Shown: positions 28,107 through 38,008, counted from the stretch's first letter. The stretch is 64,000 bases of DNA from Candidatus Binatia bacterium (GCA_963664395.2 OY761159.2:2944001-3008000); one strand, 5' to 3'. Numbers and translations: made by a program. Notes: generated by a model from the letters alone, not told the origin.

Positions 28107-31061
28107 TTATTCAGGGACGCGGCGTACTTTTTTGAGATAGGTAATCGCGGGCTTGGTGTTCAATGAATCAAAGACTTTATACCCTCGTGAATCGTGCGAT
28201 TGCCGGGAAACGTGGCTGGCGGGGTCTTTCATATTGCCAAATGTAATTGCCTGTGTCGGGCAGGTCTGGGCACAGGCCGGCGTGACCTCGCCGTCGCCCA
28301 CCGGGCGGTCTTCGTCTTTCGCTCGGTCTTTACCCGCCTGAATGCGCTGGACACAAAAGGTACATTTTTCCATGACGCCCGGTTCACGTATAGTGACATC
28401 CGGATTGAGCTGAAGATTGAGCGGTTCCGGCCAGTCCGCCTCGCTCCAGTTAAAGCGCCGCACCTTATAGGAACAGTTGTTGGCGCAATACCGGGTACCG
28501 ATACAGCGGTTATATATCTGGGCGTTGAGGCCCTCCGGGTTGTGATAAGTGGCATACACCGGACAGACCGGCTCGCAGGGCGCATTGCCACAATGCTGAC
28601 ACAGCATCGGAGCAAAGCGTACTTCGGGAGCGTCCTCTCTTTCTTTTTGCTCCTCGAAATAACGCTCAATCCGCAGCCAGGACATTTCCCGGCCCTGCGC
28701 GACCATATCCTTACCTACGACCGGAATATTATTTTCCGCATAACAGGCCGTGACACAGGCTCCACAGCCGGTACAGGCGGACAGGTCGATACTCATACCC
28801 CAGCGGTACTCGGCATACTCCAGCTCTGGATACATATCGCGAGCCTGATGCTCCGCGTGGTCCGCTTGGTGCTGTTCGCCGTTCTGTCCTGCCGTTACCG
28901 CTTGGGCGATACCTCGGCCGAGCTGCTGGCGACTGCCGTCCGTTGTGACCAGTGGCGCCCGTTTCCCTGTTCGAGTGAGGTGGACTGTGGTCGAAAGCCA
29001 GGGGAAGCCGCCCGAGGCTGTTTCGGGTTGGGCGGAAAGCAGACGGACCGGGTTGGCGCCATGTCCCTGGGCGTAGCGACCATAACTGCTATGGCCCAGG
29101 CCAATCGGCATAGCCACCGCATCGCGCCGCAGACCGGGGTACAAATAGGCACTCGCCTCGATTGTCCCATGCGGTGAGGTAATCGTCAGCAGGTCTCCCT
29201 CAGCGATCCCCAGGCGTCCGGCGGTCTCAGGATGAATTTCAAGCCAGGAATCCCAGACCGCTTGCGTCATGGGGTCGGGCAGCTCTTGCAGCCAGGGCTT
29301 ATTGGCTCCGCGGCCGTCATAGTAGCGCGACGAAGGATAGGCAATGAATGTCAGCGTGTCTTCGTCCCCTCCGTTGGAGCTGTCAAAAGTCGGCTCGGAA
29401 AAAATTGTCTCAAATACCGTTGAGGAGAGTTGAACCGCTAGCTGCTCTTCCGCTTGCCATACCCCACCCTGTTGCAGCGCGTGTCGCCAGAAGGTGTCAA
29501 AGTCGCCCGGTTCACCAGTCTTGCTCTGCCGTTTTTGCCAGGACGTTTGCAAATACTCGAAAAAATTCTTCCACGGCAGTGATTCCGAGAGCGTCGCATC
29601 AACTTGCGTGGCGACCGACAGTAAGGTATCGCCCAGCGCTTGTGTCTCAAACACGGGCTGCATGACGGGCTGCATCAGGCCATACACGCCGGCTTCGGGA
29701 TGGGAGTCTCCCCAGCTCTCTAAGGGGGTATGATCCGGCAAAATAAGATGCGCCCGTTCTGTTGTTTCATCCAGGAAAGACGAAAAGCTCACCACGAAAG
29801 GCACGTGAGCGAGCGCCTCGGCCAAACCGGAAGACAGCGGCAGGCTAAAGGCCGGATTGGTGTTGGTCAGCAACAGGAGCGGGACTTCTCCACGCCGCAT
29901 CTCAGCCAGCATGGATAACAGGGCTGAATACGAACTGACTTGCTGCGTTGCTTGTGCTTCATAAAAATGGACCGTCTCGCCGATATTGCCGGCTACATAA
30001 TTCAGCAGATTGACCGCAATCAGTGTGGCCGTCTCTTGCCGGGAACTTGTGGCTATGCCACCCCCGATGGCAAGGCTTGGACTGTGGTTGACGAATTCCT
30101 GGGCCAGACGACGGACCGCCGCCACGGGCACTTCTGTCACCTGGGCAACCTGTTCCGGCGAATAGGGCGCGAGAAGTTGGGCGAGCCGTCTCTTTTCTTC
30201 AGAAGGAACTGCACTGCCCGCTAGAATCAGATGCGCCAGCCCCAGGGCAAAGAAGGCTTCCCGGCCAGGCTTAATCGCAATCCATTCGTCCGCATTCGCT
30301 CCGGTGAGCGACATGCGGGATTCGACCTGGACCAATCTCCCCGCCGGCGCGTTCGCCGCACTATGCATCTGGCTAAACGCCTTGGCATAGTGCGTAGGTG
30401 AGCGCCACGTCTCCAGAAAATCAGTACCCAAGCTGATGAGAAAGCGGGCCTTGGCTATAGCATAGGTTGGAATCGAAGACTGCTGAAAACAGACCTGGTT
30501 CGCCTGTCTCAGCGCTTCGAAACCAAACGGTTCATACGTCACCTGGCGGTTTGAACCGAGTGCCTCAAGCCACTTCGTGGCCAACTGATAGACGCTGTCC
30601 GGGAGCTGGCCGGCGAGAAACGTGATCTTGTCTGCCTGTCCCTCTGCCCGTATTTTTTGCAGGCGTTCGACCAGAATCGCTTCCGCCTCCTGCCACGCCA
30701 GGGGTGTGAGCTCTCCAGCCTCATTGCGATACAGCGGCTGGCGGATACGATCCGGGTTATACAGTCCTTGCAAAGACGCCTGTCCGCGTGCACACAAGCC
30801 ACCTTGATTGAGCGGGTGGGATGGATTTCCTTCGACTTTGACGGCCCGCCCTTCTCTGGTCCGAACGACCATGCCACAACCGGCCGGGCATTCCTGACAG
30901 ACGGTGGCATAATACGTGGCCACCCCTGGTGTGATTTCCTCGGGCTGGATAACATAAGGAATAAGGGTTTCAACCGGCTTTGAGGCACAACTGACGACCG
31001 GGGCGGCTGCACTGGCCCCAAGCAGTTTCAAAAAATCTCTTCTGTCGAGTCTACTTCTCAT
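28107..31061 (-). CDS. actB: ActB: Tat-exported molybdopterin-oxidoreductase-like/Fe-S subunit
   Basis: DRRDFLK, NKPWLQELPDP, CTGCGACVTAC, CQHCGNAPCEPVCP, RCIGTRYCANNC, MEKCTFC. Confidence 0.92.
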   Translation of the reverse strand: MRSRLDRRDFLKLLGASAAAPVVSCASKPVETLIPYVIQPEEITPGVATYYATVCQECPAGCGMVVRTREGRAVKVEGNPSHPLNQGGLCARGQASLQGLYNPDRIRQPLYRNEAGELTPLAWQEAEAILVERLQKIRAEGQADKITFLAGQLPDSVYQLATKWLEALGSNRQVTYEPFGFEALRQANQVCFQQSSIPTYAIAKARFLISLGTDFLETWRSPTHYAKAFSQMHSAANAPAGRLVQVESRMSLTGANADEWIAIKPGREAFFALGLAHLILAGSAVPSEEKRRLAQLLAPYSPEQVAQVTEVPVAAVRRLAQEFVNHSPSLAIGGGIATSSRQETATLIAVNLLNYVAGNIGETVHFYEAQATQQVSSYSALLSMLAEMRRGEVPLLLLTNTNPAFSLPLSSGLAEALAHVPFVVSFSSFLDETTERAHLILPDHTPLESWGDSHPEAGVYGLMQPVMQPVFETQALGDTLLSVATQVDATLSESLPWKNFFEYLQTSWQKRQSKTGEPGDFDTFWRHALQQGGVWQAEEQLAVQLSSTVFETIFSEPTFDSSNGGDEDTLTFIAYPSSRYYDGRGANKPWLQELPDPMTQAVWDSWLEIHPETAGRLGIAEGDLLTITSPHGTIEASAYLYPGLRRDAVAMPIGLGHSSYGRYAQGHGANPVRLLSAQPETASGGFPWLSTTVHLTRTGKRAPLVTTDGSRQQLGRGIAQAVTAGQNGEQHQADHAEHQARDMYPELEYAEYRWGMSIDLSACTGCGACVTACYAENNIPVVGKDMVAQGREMSWLRIERYFEEQKEREDAPEVRFAPMLCQHCGNAPCEPVCPVYATYHNPEGLNAQIYNRCIGTRYCANNCSYKVRRFNWSEADWPEPLNLQLNPDVTIREPGVMEKCTFCVQRIQAGKDRAKDEDRPVGDGEVTPACAQTCPTQAITFGNMKDPASHVSRQSHDSRGYKVFDSLNTKPAITYLKKVRRVPE

Positions 31062-31093
31062 AATTGCTTCTTCCGCTTATTGGTTCTGCCGCA

Positions 31094-31684
31094 TCAATAG
31101 TGACACACCAGGCAGTCCTTGCTCGCTTGATGGGCATCATGGCAGGTCACGCACCAGCCCATCTTGAGCGACGCCACCTGTTCAACGCGTTGCATGTGTT
31201 GGACCTCGCCGTGACAGGACTGGCAGGCGACCCCGGCCCGGACATGGCGCTTGTGATTAAAGCGGGTGAAAGCCGGCAGGGCGTGGACGCGAATCCACGG
31301 AATCGGCTCTTGGTTTTTCCAGTAGGTCTGAATTTTTTTGATTTCCGGATTCTCTGTGGGCCTGGTATGGCAGCCCATACACGTCTGGACTGGCGGCACA
31401 TGGGCCGCTGGTGAGACGCGCGCCGCACTGTGGCAGTACAGGCAGTCCAGACCATATTCGCCCGCGTGCAGCTTATGGCTGAAGGCAATAGGCTGTTTGG
31501 GTGCATTCCCCCAGCCTGTCAGTCCCCAGTCGAGTAATTGGTAATCCCACCACACGGCTTTCCCGGATTGCCAGACCCGACCGCTCACATCGGGTCGATA
31601 GCGTACTGCTGACAGCCCAGCGAGGAGTGCCACCACAAGCAGAGTGATCCGAAAAACAGACAGTGAATGTATAGGCAACCGCAT
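31094..31684 (-). CDS. actA: Pentaheme cytochrome c, ActA
   Basis: Five CxxCH motifs (CLYCH, CMGCH, CQSCH, CVTCH, CLVCH), QPIAFSHKLH, MGWC. Confidence 0.92.
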   Translation of the reverse strand: MRLPIHSLSVFRITLLVVALLAGLSAVRYRPDVSGRVWQSGKAVWWDYQLLDWGLTGWGNAPKQPIAFSHKLHAGEYGLDCLYCHSAARVSPAAHVPPVQTCMGCHTRPTENPEIKKIQTYWKNQEPIPWIRVHALPAFTRFNHKRHVRAGVACQSCHGEVQHMQRVEQVASLKMGWCVTCHDAHQASKDCLVCHY

Positions 31685-32148
31685 AGCGCCCTATCTCGCG
31701 ACACGCCCTCCCTCCGCGGCGCGAGGGTCTTCTCCATATCTCATCTGTCTCTTTTCAGCCAGCACGGGCGGGAGTGCCTTCCACACGGGTCTTTTGGTCT
31801 GCTGTGACCGTCAACGAACGAGAGTGCTCTCCGAGTTCCTCATCGTCCTCTTTACTCCTTCTATCTGGTCCTGTTGGGGGGTGTATAGCAGAGTTTTGGG
31901 ACAGACAAGACAGAGGCCGTTGCGGTGTGAGACTTTTCATGGCTCTTGGCGTTCGTATGAGAGAAGTACCGCGGCCTGCACCGCCGTGGTAGGGATCAAA
32001 ACAGAACAGTCTTTCCTCCCTCTCCTCTTGCCGCCTTCCTTGACCGGACACTGAAAAGCAAGTACTTTTCGACCGCGTTACACCCCGGTTTCACGGATAG
32101 GTTTCAGGTGGAATCCTGCACCTATTTGCACATAAAGGAGGGAAGCAT

Positions 32149-33969
32149 ATGCACAGATATTGGTTGCAGGGAATCCTCATGGGCGTGTGTTGTCTGACGC
32201 TGCTGTGCGTCCCCCACCGCGCACAGGCGGTCGGCGGGCGGGCGGATACCCAGCCCGAACCCGCCAAAAATCAGCCGGCCACACCGGCGGCGAAACCGGC
32301 AGCCTCCGCCAAACCTGCCGCAGCCAGCCCGGCCACGAACGGCGGCCTCGACGGCTATACCTTTCACGCCATCACCCAGGACCACCTGCTCAAAGGGACG
32401 GACGACCCGGCCTATTGGCTGATGTACGGTGGCAATTACGCCGGTTGGCGGTTCAGCCCACTCACGGACATTAACCGCGATAATGTCAAGAACATGAAAG
32501 CGGCCTGGATGTTCCAGACCGGTATCCCGGCCCAAATGCAGGCCTCGCCTATTGTTGCCGACGGCATTCTCTATCTGACTGCCGCCTATAACCACCTCTT
32601 TGCCCTCAATGCGGTCACGGGCGAGCTACTGTGGCGCTATGAACACAAGTTGCCGGACGACATGCGCGTGTGTTGCGGGCCGTCGAATAAAGGGGCGGCT
32701 ATTGCGGGCGATAAAATTTTTATGGCAACCCTTGATGCCCATGTGGTTGCCCTGAATCGCAAAACTGGTGAGGTCATCTGGAACACTGAGATGGACCGCT
32801 ATTCCGACGGATTCAGCGCTACTGTTGCTCCACTCGTTGTCCGGGACAATCTGATCGTTGGCATTGCGGGGGGAGAGTACGGCGTGCGCGGCTATATCGA
32901 TTCCTATGATATCAATACTGGCGAACGGAAGTGGCGTCGCTACACCATCCCGGAAGCCGGCGAGCCGGGCGCTGAGACTTGGGCCGGTGACTCCTGGAAA
33001 CATGGGGGTGCCCCAACCTGGGTAACGGGGTCATACGACCCTGATGAAGATTTGCTGTATTGGGCGACGGGCAACACTGCGCCGGATTGGAACGGTGATG
33101 TCCGCAAAGGCGATAACCTCTACGCGGATTCGGTGCTGGCCCTTGACCCTGATACTGGTGAGATCAAATGGTACTTCCAGTTCACGCCCCACGATATCTG
33201 GGACTATGACGGCAATACCGATCTGTTTCTGGTCAATATTGAGCGCAGTGGCGAGACGGTCAAAGCCTTGGCCCAGCCGAACCGAAACGGCTATATGTAT
33301 GTATTGGACCGCACCTCGGGCAAATACCTGCACGGCACCCAATACGTCGACAAGCTGAATTGGTCAAAAGGTCTGGATGAGTCCGGCCGGCCGATTGTTG
33401 ACCCGCAGTTCGTTCCCACCGCAGAAGGCAAAGAATTTATCTGTCCCGGTTCCGTTGGTGGAAAAAACGGCTCGTACACGGCCGCCTACAGCCCGCTGAC
33501 CAAGCTGATGTATGTCCCTGTGGTGGAAAGCTGCTGGCAGATGGAGAAGTCAACCTCCATCTTTATCAAAGGCATCCCCTTCTGGGGCGGTGGACCCGGA
33601 AAAACCCAGGGCGATGATGGCTCATCCTACGGTCATCTGTCTGCCATTGACCCCTCCACCGGCGAGATCAAATGGCGCTATCAAGATGAATATCCCATGA
33701 TGGGTGGTGCCCTCACGACTGCCGGTGGTCTGGTATTTTCCGGTAACCTTGAAGGCTACGCCTTGGCCTTTGATGATTCGACCGGCGAGCTGTTATGGAA
33801 ATTCCAGACCGGCTCATCCATGCGCGCTCAGCCCATCACCTATAAGGCTGAGGGGCGGCAATATGTAGCCATCCCAAGTGGCGGCGGTGGTTTGGCCGTC
33901 ACCCTGGTTGGCGAGCCACCGCTGACGAGTAAAGGCAGCGCGTTGCTTGTGTTTGCCTTACCGGAGTAA
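32149..33969 (+). CDS. PQQ-dependent dehydrogenase, methanol/ethanol family
   Basis: Signal peptide, vicinal CC (VCCGPSN), GGEYGVRG, WATGN, PHDIWDYDG, Trp-docking repeats. Confidence 0.95.
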   Translation: MHRYWLQGILMGVCCLTLLCVPHRAQAVGGRADTQPEPAKNQPATPAAKPAASAKPAAASPATNGGLDGYTFHAITQDHLLKGTDDPAYWLMYGGNYAGWRFSPLTDINRDNVKNMKAAWMFQTGIPAQMQASPIVADGILYLTAAYNHLFALNAVTGELLWRYEHKLPDDMRVCCGPSNKGAAIAGDKIFMATLDAHVVALNRKTGEVIWNTEMDRYSDGFSATVAPLVVRDNLIVGIAGGEYGVRGYIDSYDINTGERKWRRYTIPEAGEPGAETWAGDSWKHGGAPTWVTGSYDPDEDLLYWATGNTAPDWNGDVRKGDNLYADSVLALDPDTGEIKWYFQFTPHDIWDYDGNTDLFLVNIERSGETVKALAQPNRNGYMYVLDRTSGKYLHGTQYVDKLNWSKGLDESGRPIVDPQFVPTAEGKEFICPGSVGGKNGSYTAAYSPLTKLMYVPVVESCWQMEKSTSIFIKGIPFWGGGPGKTQGDDGSSYGHLSAIDPSTGEIKWRYQDEYPMMGGALTTAGGLVFSGNLEGYALAFDDSTGELLWKFQTGSSMRAQPITYKAEGRQYVAIPSGGGGLAVTLVGEPPLTSKGSALLVFALPE

Positions 33970-33988
33970 ACCGGTGGAGTACGCTAGC

Positions 33989-34909
33989 ATGAGGCCGCTG
34001 TATTCTGCGATTCGTAGCTCTTGGGTTGCCCCTGAAGTGACTGCTTGGACAAAACGTACGCGAGGCGCTGTCGTTCCAGTACTCGGTTTTTTATCTTTTC
34101 TCTTTTTCCTGGCCCTGCCGGTGCAGCTCTCCGCGCAGGACGGGGCTCAACTCCGGGTATGCTTTCTGGGCAATAATCTTCCATTTTCTTCTCAGCAGGG
34201 AGAGCACGGATTCGACGTTGACGTGGCGCAGGCTATTGCCAGGACAATGGGGCGCAGGCTGGTCCCTGTCTGGGTCAAAAATGACGAGCGTATAACCGAG
34301 GTTGATGAGAGTGACTTCCCGCTACGGCGGTTATCAAAAAACGACTGTGACGCTATTTTGAGCGTGCCCGGCCGAGATGCCGTGCGCGAGGCCAGCAACG
34401 TGACGGTCGGCAACGCCTACTACGGGGCCGCTTTCGAGCTTCTGGGGCGTGCGGGCCAGACGCCGGCGTCCTTGCACGACATTGAGCACCAGGTCGTTGC
34501 GGTCCAAGCCCAAACGATTGCCAGCTTTATTCTGGAGTCTCTCAAGATTTCGATGCAGACCTTTTTCTCAACCGAGGAGTCCCTGGCTGCGGTGACAACG
34601 GGAGGCGCACAGTTGGCCTTTGTCTGGGGTCCGACCGCGGGCTGGTATGCGAAGCAGAACCCTGAGGCGAATCTTACGTTTGCCACGGCTGAGCCGATCT
34701 CAGTGGCGCGCTGGAACGAACACGCTGCCACCCGCACAGAAGACAAAGCGCTCCGCACAGCAATAGATGCGGCCCTGACACAGCTAAGAAAGAGCGGAGA
34801 ACTCAAGACCATAGCGGGGCGGTATGGCGTACCGTTGTATCCTCCATTCGAGAAAACCTATGACGTAATGGAGATGTTTCGACTCTCACGGGAAGCCGCA
34901 AAGAAATGA
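33989..34909 (+). CDS. Substrate-binding protein, MxaJ/XoxJ-like
   Basis: LRVC...NLPFS...GFDVDVA, AFVWGPTAGW; follows the PQQ dehydrogenase. Confidence 0.85.
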   Translation: MRPLYSAIRSSWVAPEVTAWTKRTRGAVVPVLGFLSFLFFLALPVQLSAQDGAQLRVCFLGNNLPFSSQQGEHGFDVDVAQAIARTMGRRLVPVWVKNDERITEVDESDFPLRRLSKNDCDAILSVPGRDAVREASNVTVGNAYYGAAFELLGRAGQTPASLHDIEHQVVAVQAQTIASFILESLKISMQTFFSTEESLAAVTTGGAQLAFVWGPTAGWYAKQNPEANLTFATAEPISVARWNEHAATRTEDKALRTAIDAALTQLRKSGELKTIAGRYGVPLYPPFEKTYDVMEMFRLSREAAKK

Positions 34910-34917
34910 GGAGGTCT

Positions 34918-35325
34918 ATGAAACGCGCGTATGGTGTTCTGCTGGTCAGTCTGCTGATGTGTCTCCCTGCAATCGGGCTGGCTGCTGAGGCGGTGAAGAA
35001 TCCTGTTGCTGGCGATGCGGCGGCAATTGCTGAGGGCGAGCTCCTCTTTCAGGCGGTATGTTCCGGCTATTGTCATGTGAAAGCGGACGCCGACCGGGAC
35101 GGCAAATGTCCCAATTTGTTCGACTGCGACTGGGCGAACGGCTCAGGGACTGACGCAGAAATGTTCAAGGTCGTCAGCGAGGGTGTACCAAAGACTGAGA
35201 TGATCGGCTTTGCCGGACAACTGCCTGATGACATGCTCTGGCAAATTTTGGCCTATGTACGATCCGCCTCGAAGTGTGAAGCCGTCCCTGAATCCGAGGC
35301 CGCGGCAGTGCCGGCCCACAAGTAA
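34918..35325 (+). CDS. Periplasmic cytochrome c with CX3CH motif
   Basis: Signal peptide, NP...AIAEGELLF, CSGYCH, M-x-x-F distal Met, WQILAYVRS. Confidence 0.82.
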   Translation: MKRAYGVLLVSLLMCLPAIGLAAEAVKNPVAGDAAAIAEGELLFQAVCSGYCHVKADADRDGKCPNLFDCDWANGSGTDAEMFKVVSEGVPKTEMIGFAGQLPDDMLWQILAYVRSASKCEAVPESEAAAVPAHK

Positions 35326-35338
35326 GGAGTATTCGCTC

Positions 35339-36304
35339 ATGAAAACACGCAACCCGCTGTCTATGTTTCTCGCCGGCCTGCCTCTGCTGGCGTGTCTGGC
35401 TTCAGCGCCGGTGTCCGCCCAACCGTTCGCCTACGTCACGCACGAGGAGTCGAACGATGTGTGGGTGATCGATACGCACACGGATGCGGTCGTGGCCAAA
35501 GTACCGGTCGGCGAACGTCCGCGCGGAGTGCTGGTCTCGGCTGATGGCACGCAGGTGTATGTCGCCAACGGTAACTCTGACGATATTTCGGTCATCGATG
35601 CGACAACCAATACGGTCGTGGAGACCTTTCCGGTCGGCATCGATCCCGAGGGGATCGACCTCAGCAACGACGAAAAACTGCTGTTCGTCGTGAATGAGAA
35701 CGAAGGCGTGATGCGCGTCGTCGATCTGGCAAGCAAGGAGGTGGTTGCCACCGTCCAGGCCGGCATAGAGCCGGAAACCGTGGTTCTCTCGCCCAACGGC
35801 AAGCTGGCCTTTGTGCCGAATGAGACTTCGCATGACGTGACAGTCATTGACACTCAAACCTATAAAGTCCTCAGTTCGATCAAGGTCGGCGAGAATCCAC
35901 GCGGCGTGGCCTTCATGCCGGACGGGAAAACCGCCTATGTGAGCAGTGAGCGGAGTAACACCGTCTCGGTGATCGATACCGAAAAACTGGCCGTGACCGA
36001 GACGATCAGCATGGGCGAACGCCCGGTCGGCATCTCGGTGCTGCCCGATGGCTCGAAGATCTATGTCGTACACGGTCGGACCAACGATGTGCGGGTGATC
36101 GACCCGGCTACCAACACGGTGACCAAGACCATCGCCCTGGGCGGCAAGCGCTGCTGGTGGTCGGCCCTGACCCCGGACGGCAAAAAACTCTACGCCACCA
36201 TGGGCCGCTCCGACGGCGTGGCGGTGATCGATACCGCTACCGATACGCTGCTCAAGACGATTGCGGTCGGGCAGGTCCCCTGGGGCGTGGCGATCACGCC
36301 GTAA
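35339..36304 (+). CDS. YVTN/YncE beta-propeller protein
   Basis: Seven repeats of YV(T/A)N...VSVID...VG..P.G; signal peptide. Confidence 0.92.
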   Translation: MKTRNPLSMFLAGLPLLACLASAPVSAQPFAYVTHEESNDVWVIDTHTDAVVAKVPVGERPRGVLVSADGTQVYVANGNSDDISVIDATTNTVVETFPVGIDPEGIDLSNDEKLLFVVNENEGVMRVVDLASKEVVATVQAGIEPETVVLSPNGKLAFVPNETSHDVTVIDTQTYKVLSSIKVGENPRGVAFMPDGKTAYVSSERSNTVSVIDTEKLAVTETISMGERPVGISVLPDGSKIYVVHGRTNDVRVIDPATNTVTKTIALGGKRCWWSALTPDGKKLYATMGRSDGVAVIDTATDTLLKTIAVGQVPWGVAITP

Positions 36305-36312
36305 ATCCTTCC

Positions 36313-37143
36313 TCAGAAGCGCCAGACCAACAGGAATTGGGGCAGGCTTTCGTCGTTCTTGGTGCCCAGCTTATTCCACCAGTACTGGTACTCCATACCG
36401 ACAAAAAGCCGGCCCGCACCACCGTTCAGCAGCTTGCCCAGGTCCAGGCGGAACTGCGGCTGGGTCAGAAACCAGCTTTTGACATGCTTGCCGAACTCGT
36501 CGGTCCGGCTGTGTGTGTACTCGGCATAGCCTTCGATCGAGAAATCCAGATTGCCGATACTGAAGGGATAGGCCCAGTTGAGGTTGAACATGAAGCTGTC
36601 GGTCTGTTTGGGAGCGCCTCCGCGCGAGACGCCTCGACTATCGTCAATATAGGCGGTCAGGTCGGTATTCAGAAAAGCAAAACCCGGCAGGTCCCAGGAG
36701 GTACGCAGGCCGGGCAGATATTTGATGACCTTGGCGTCCACACTGACATTGAGGCCGACGAGCAGGGAGAAGTCTTTGATCGGCCCGATTCCGAGCTTTT
36801 TGTGTGTCAGCTTGCCGAGGCTCAGGCTCGGAAACCACTCGAAGTACAAGTCGGTGTCGTTGAAGCCGTCACCCTCGACGTCTTCGATGAAGTCAGCAAA
36901 AAAGAAACTCTCCCCGTATTTCCAGCCCAGGGCGTTCTGCAAGGTCAGGATGAAGGTATTCTCATTGGCGTCCGAAAACGGGTTCTCAATATGGCCGTAC
37001 TGAAAATGCAGTTCGGTCGTACTCCAGTCAACAAGGGCCACGGCCGGCGAGGCCGTCAGCAAGGGTATAAGGGCTGAAACGCAGAGAAGGAGTTTGGGGG
37101 ATAACACACCGCTGCCGGTGTAACGATTGTGCAGGGAATGCAT
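36313..37143 (-). CDS. Tsx/OmpK-like outer membrane channel
   Basis: WKYGESFFFAD, TQPQFRLDLG, GMEYQYWWNKLG, terminal F. Confidence 0.85.
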   Translation of the reverse strand: MHSLHNRYTGSGVLSPKLLLCVSALIPLLTASPAVALVDWSTTELHFQYGHIENPFSDANENTFILTLQNALGWKYGESFFFADFIEDVEGDGFNDTDLYFEWFPSLSLGKLTHKKLGIGPIKDFSLLVGLNVSVDAKVIKYLPGLRTSWDLPGFAFLNTDLTAYIDDSRGVSRGGAPKQTDSFMFNLNWAYPFSIGNLDFSIEGYAEYTHSRTDEFGKHVKSWFLTQPQFRLDLGKLLNGGAGRLFVGMEYQYWWNKLGTKNDESLPQFLLVWRF

Positions 37144-37265
37144 CGGCGGGAATGTTGGTACGCTACGCTAATCCAACCTATGGGACTTATAGAGTATGCG
37201 AGCGCGGGCGTGAAACGGTTCCGACTTGTGGTGGAGACACAGAAGCCCCGAGGTATCGAGGAGCA

Positions 37266-37568
37266 TCAATTGTCCTCATGAGTAGCGGCATACTCTCCAG
37301 CCAGGTCGGCCTCAACCTGTTCGTTATCGACTCCCGTCGGGTAGCCGAGGTCAACTGCTCCGAAGTGGCGCTCAAAGCGTTCCCGCGCCGCCTGTTGCTC
37401 TGCTTCGGTTTGCCGCGTACGAGAGCTATGCCCTTCGTGGCCCCCTTGATATCGCTGCTCAAGAGTGGCGGCGATCCAACGCGCTGGCGACGTACCGGCG
37501 GTCTCTGCTTGGCGGCAAATCACACGGTAGACTTCATCGCTCAGTTTAAGAGTCAGCGTTTGGCTCAT
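37266..37568 (-). CDS. Putative antitoxin-like DNA-binding protein
   Basis: RHH-like start TLTLKLSDEVY, acidic tail; next to DUF433. Confidence 0.6.
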   Translation of the reverse strand: MSQTLTLKLSDEVYRVICRQAETAGTSPARWIAATLEQRYQGGHEGHSSRTRQTEAEQQAARERFERHFGAVDLGYPTGVDNEQVEADLAGEYAATHEDN

Positions 37569-37579
37569 TTCTTCCCTCT

Positions 37580-37783
37580 TTATTCAACCCGCCATGCTGC
37601 ATATGCCAGCGCTTCACGAATGTCGTCTTCCTCCAAATACGGATATGCCTCCAGGATATGTGCGGAGGAATGCCCTGCGGCAAGCAAGCCCACTACAGTC
37701 CCGACTGTCACACGTAAACCCCGAATGCAGGGTTTCCCGCCCATGACCGCCAGGTCAAGGGTAATACGTGTTAGGGGTTTCAT
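37580..37783 (-). CDS. DUF433 protein (antitoxin-like)
   Basis: GGKPCIRGLRVTV...YPYLEEDDIREALAYAA. Confidence 0.92.
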   Translation of the reverse strand: MKPLTRITLDLAVMGGKPCIRGLRVTVGTVVGLLAAGHSSAHILEAYPYLEEDDIREALAYAAWRVE

Positions 37784-37819
37784 AATACTTACAACTCCAA
37801 TACAGCAACGCCATAGAGC

Positions 37820-38008
37820 CTACGTTCCTTTTCCACGACCTCCACCAGTCAAAACCCAGACCAGACCTCCTATTAGTAGTGTTCCCACTATCGTCACTGT
37901 TTCCAATACTCCCTTCTTCCTACGTTTTTCCTCTGATTGACAAGAAGGGCAGAGTTCTTCTCTCGGCTCCAAAGGACGCCCACATCCTGGCTTTGGACAA
38001 ACGTTCAT
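37820..38008 (-). CDS. Small zinc-ribbon membrane protein
   Basis: CPKPGC...CPSC, basic patch, C-terminal TM helix. ATGA overlap with the upstream gene. Confidence 0.65.
   Translation of the reverse strand: MNVCPKPGCGRPLEPREELCPSCQSEEKRRKKGVLETVTIVGTLLIGGLVWVLTGGGRGKGT

Noticed and set aside
31926-31941. CRP/FNR-like site TGTGA-N6-TCATG in the act/PQQ-DH divergent region
   Set aside because: Imperfect single match; could be chance.
31755-32051. 98-aa ORF upstream of actA
   Set aside because: No recognisable motif or RBS; probably promoter region.
32115-32130. Sigma-54-like promoter CTGCAC-N4-TTGCA
   Set aside because: Lacks the invariant -24 GG.
37152-37940. 262-aa plus-strand ORF
   Set aside because: Antisense to three better-supported small genes.
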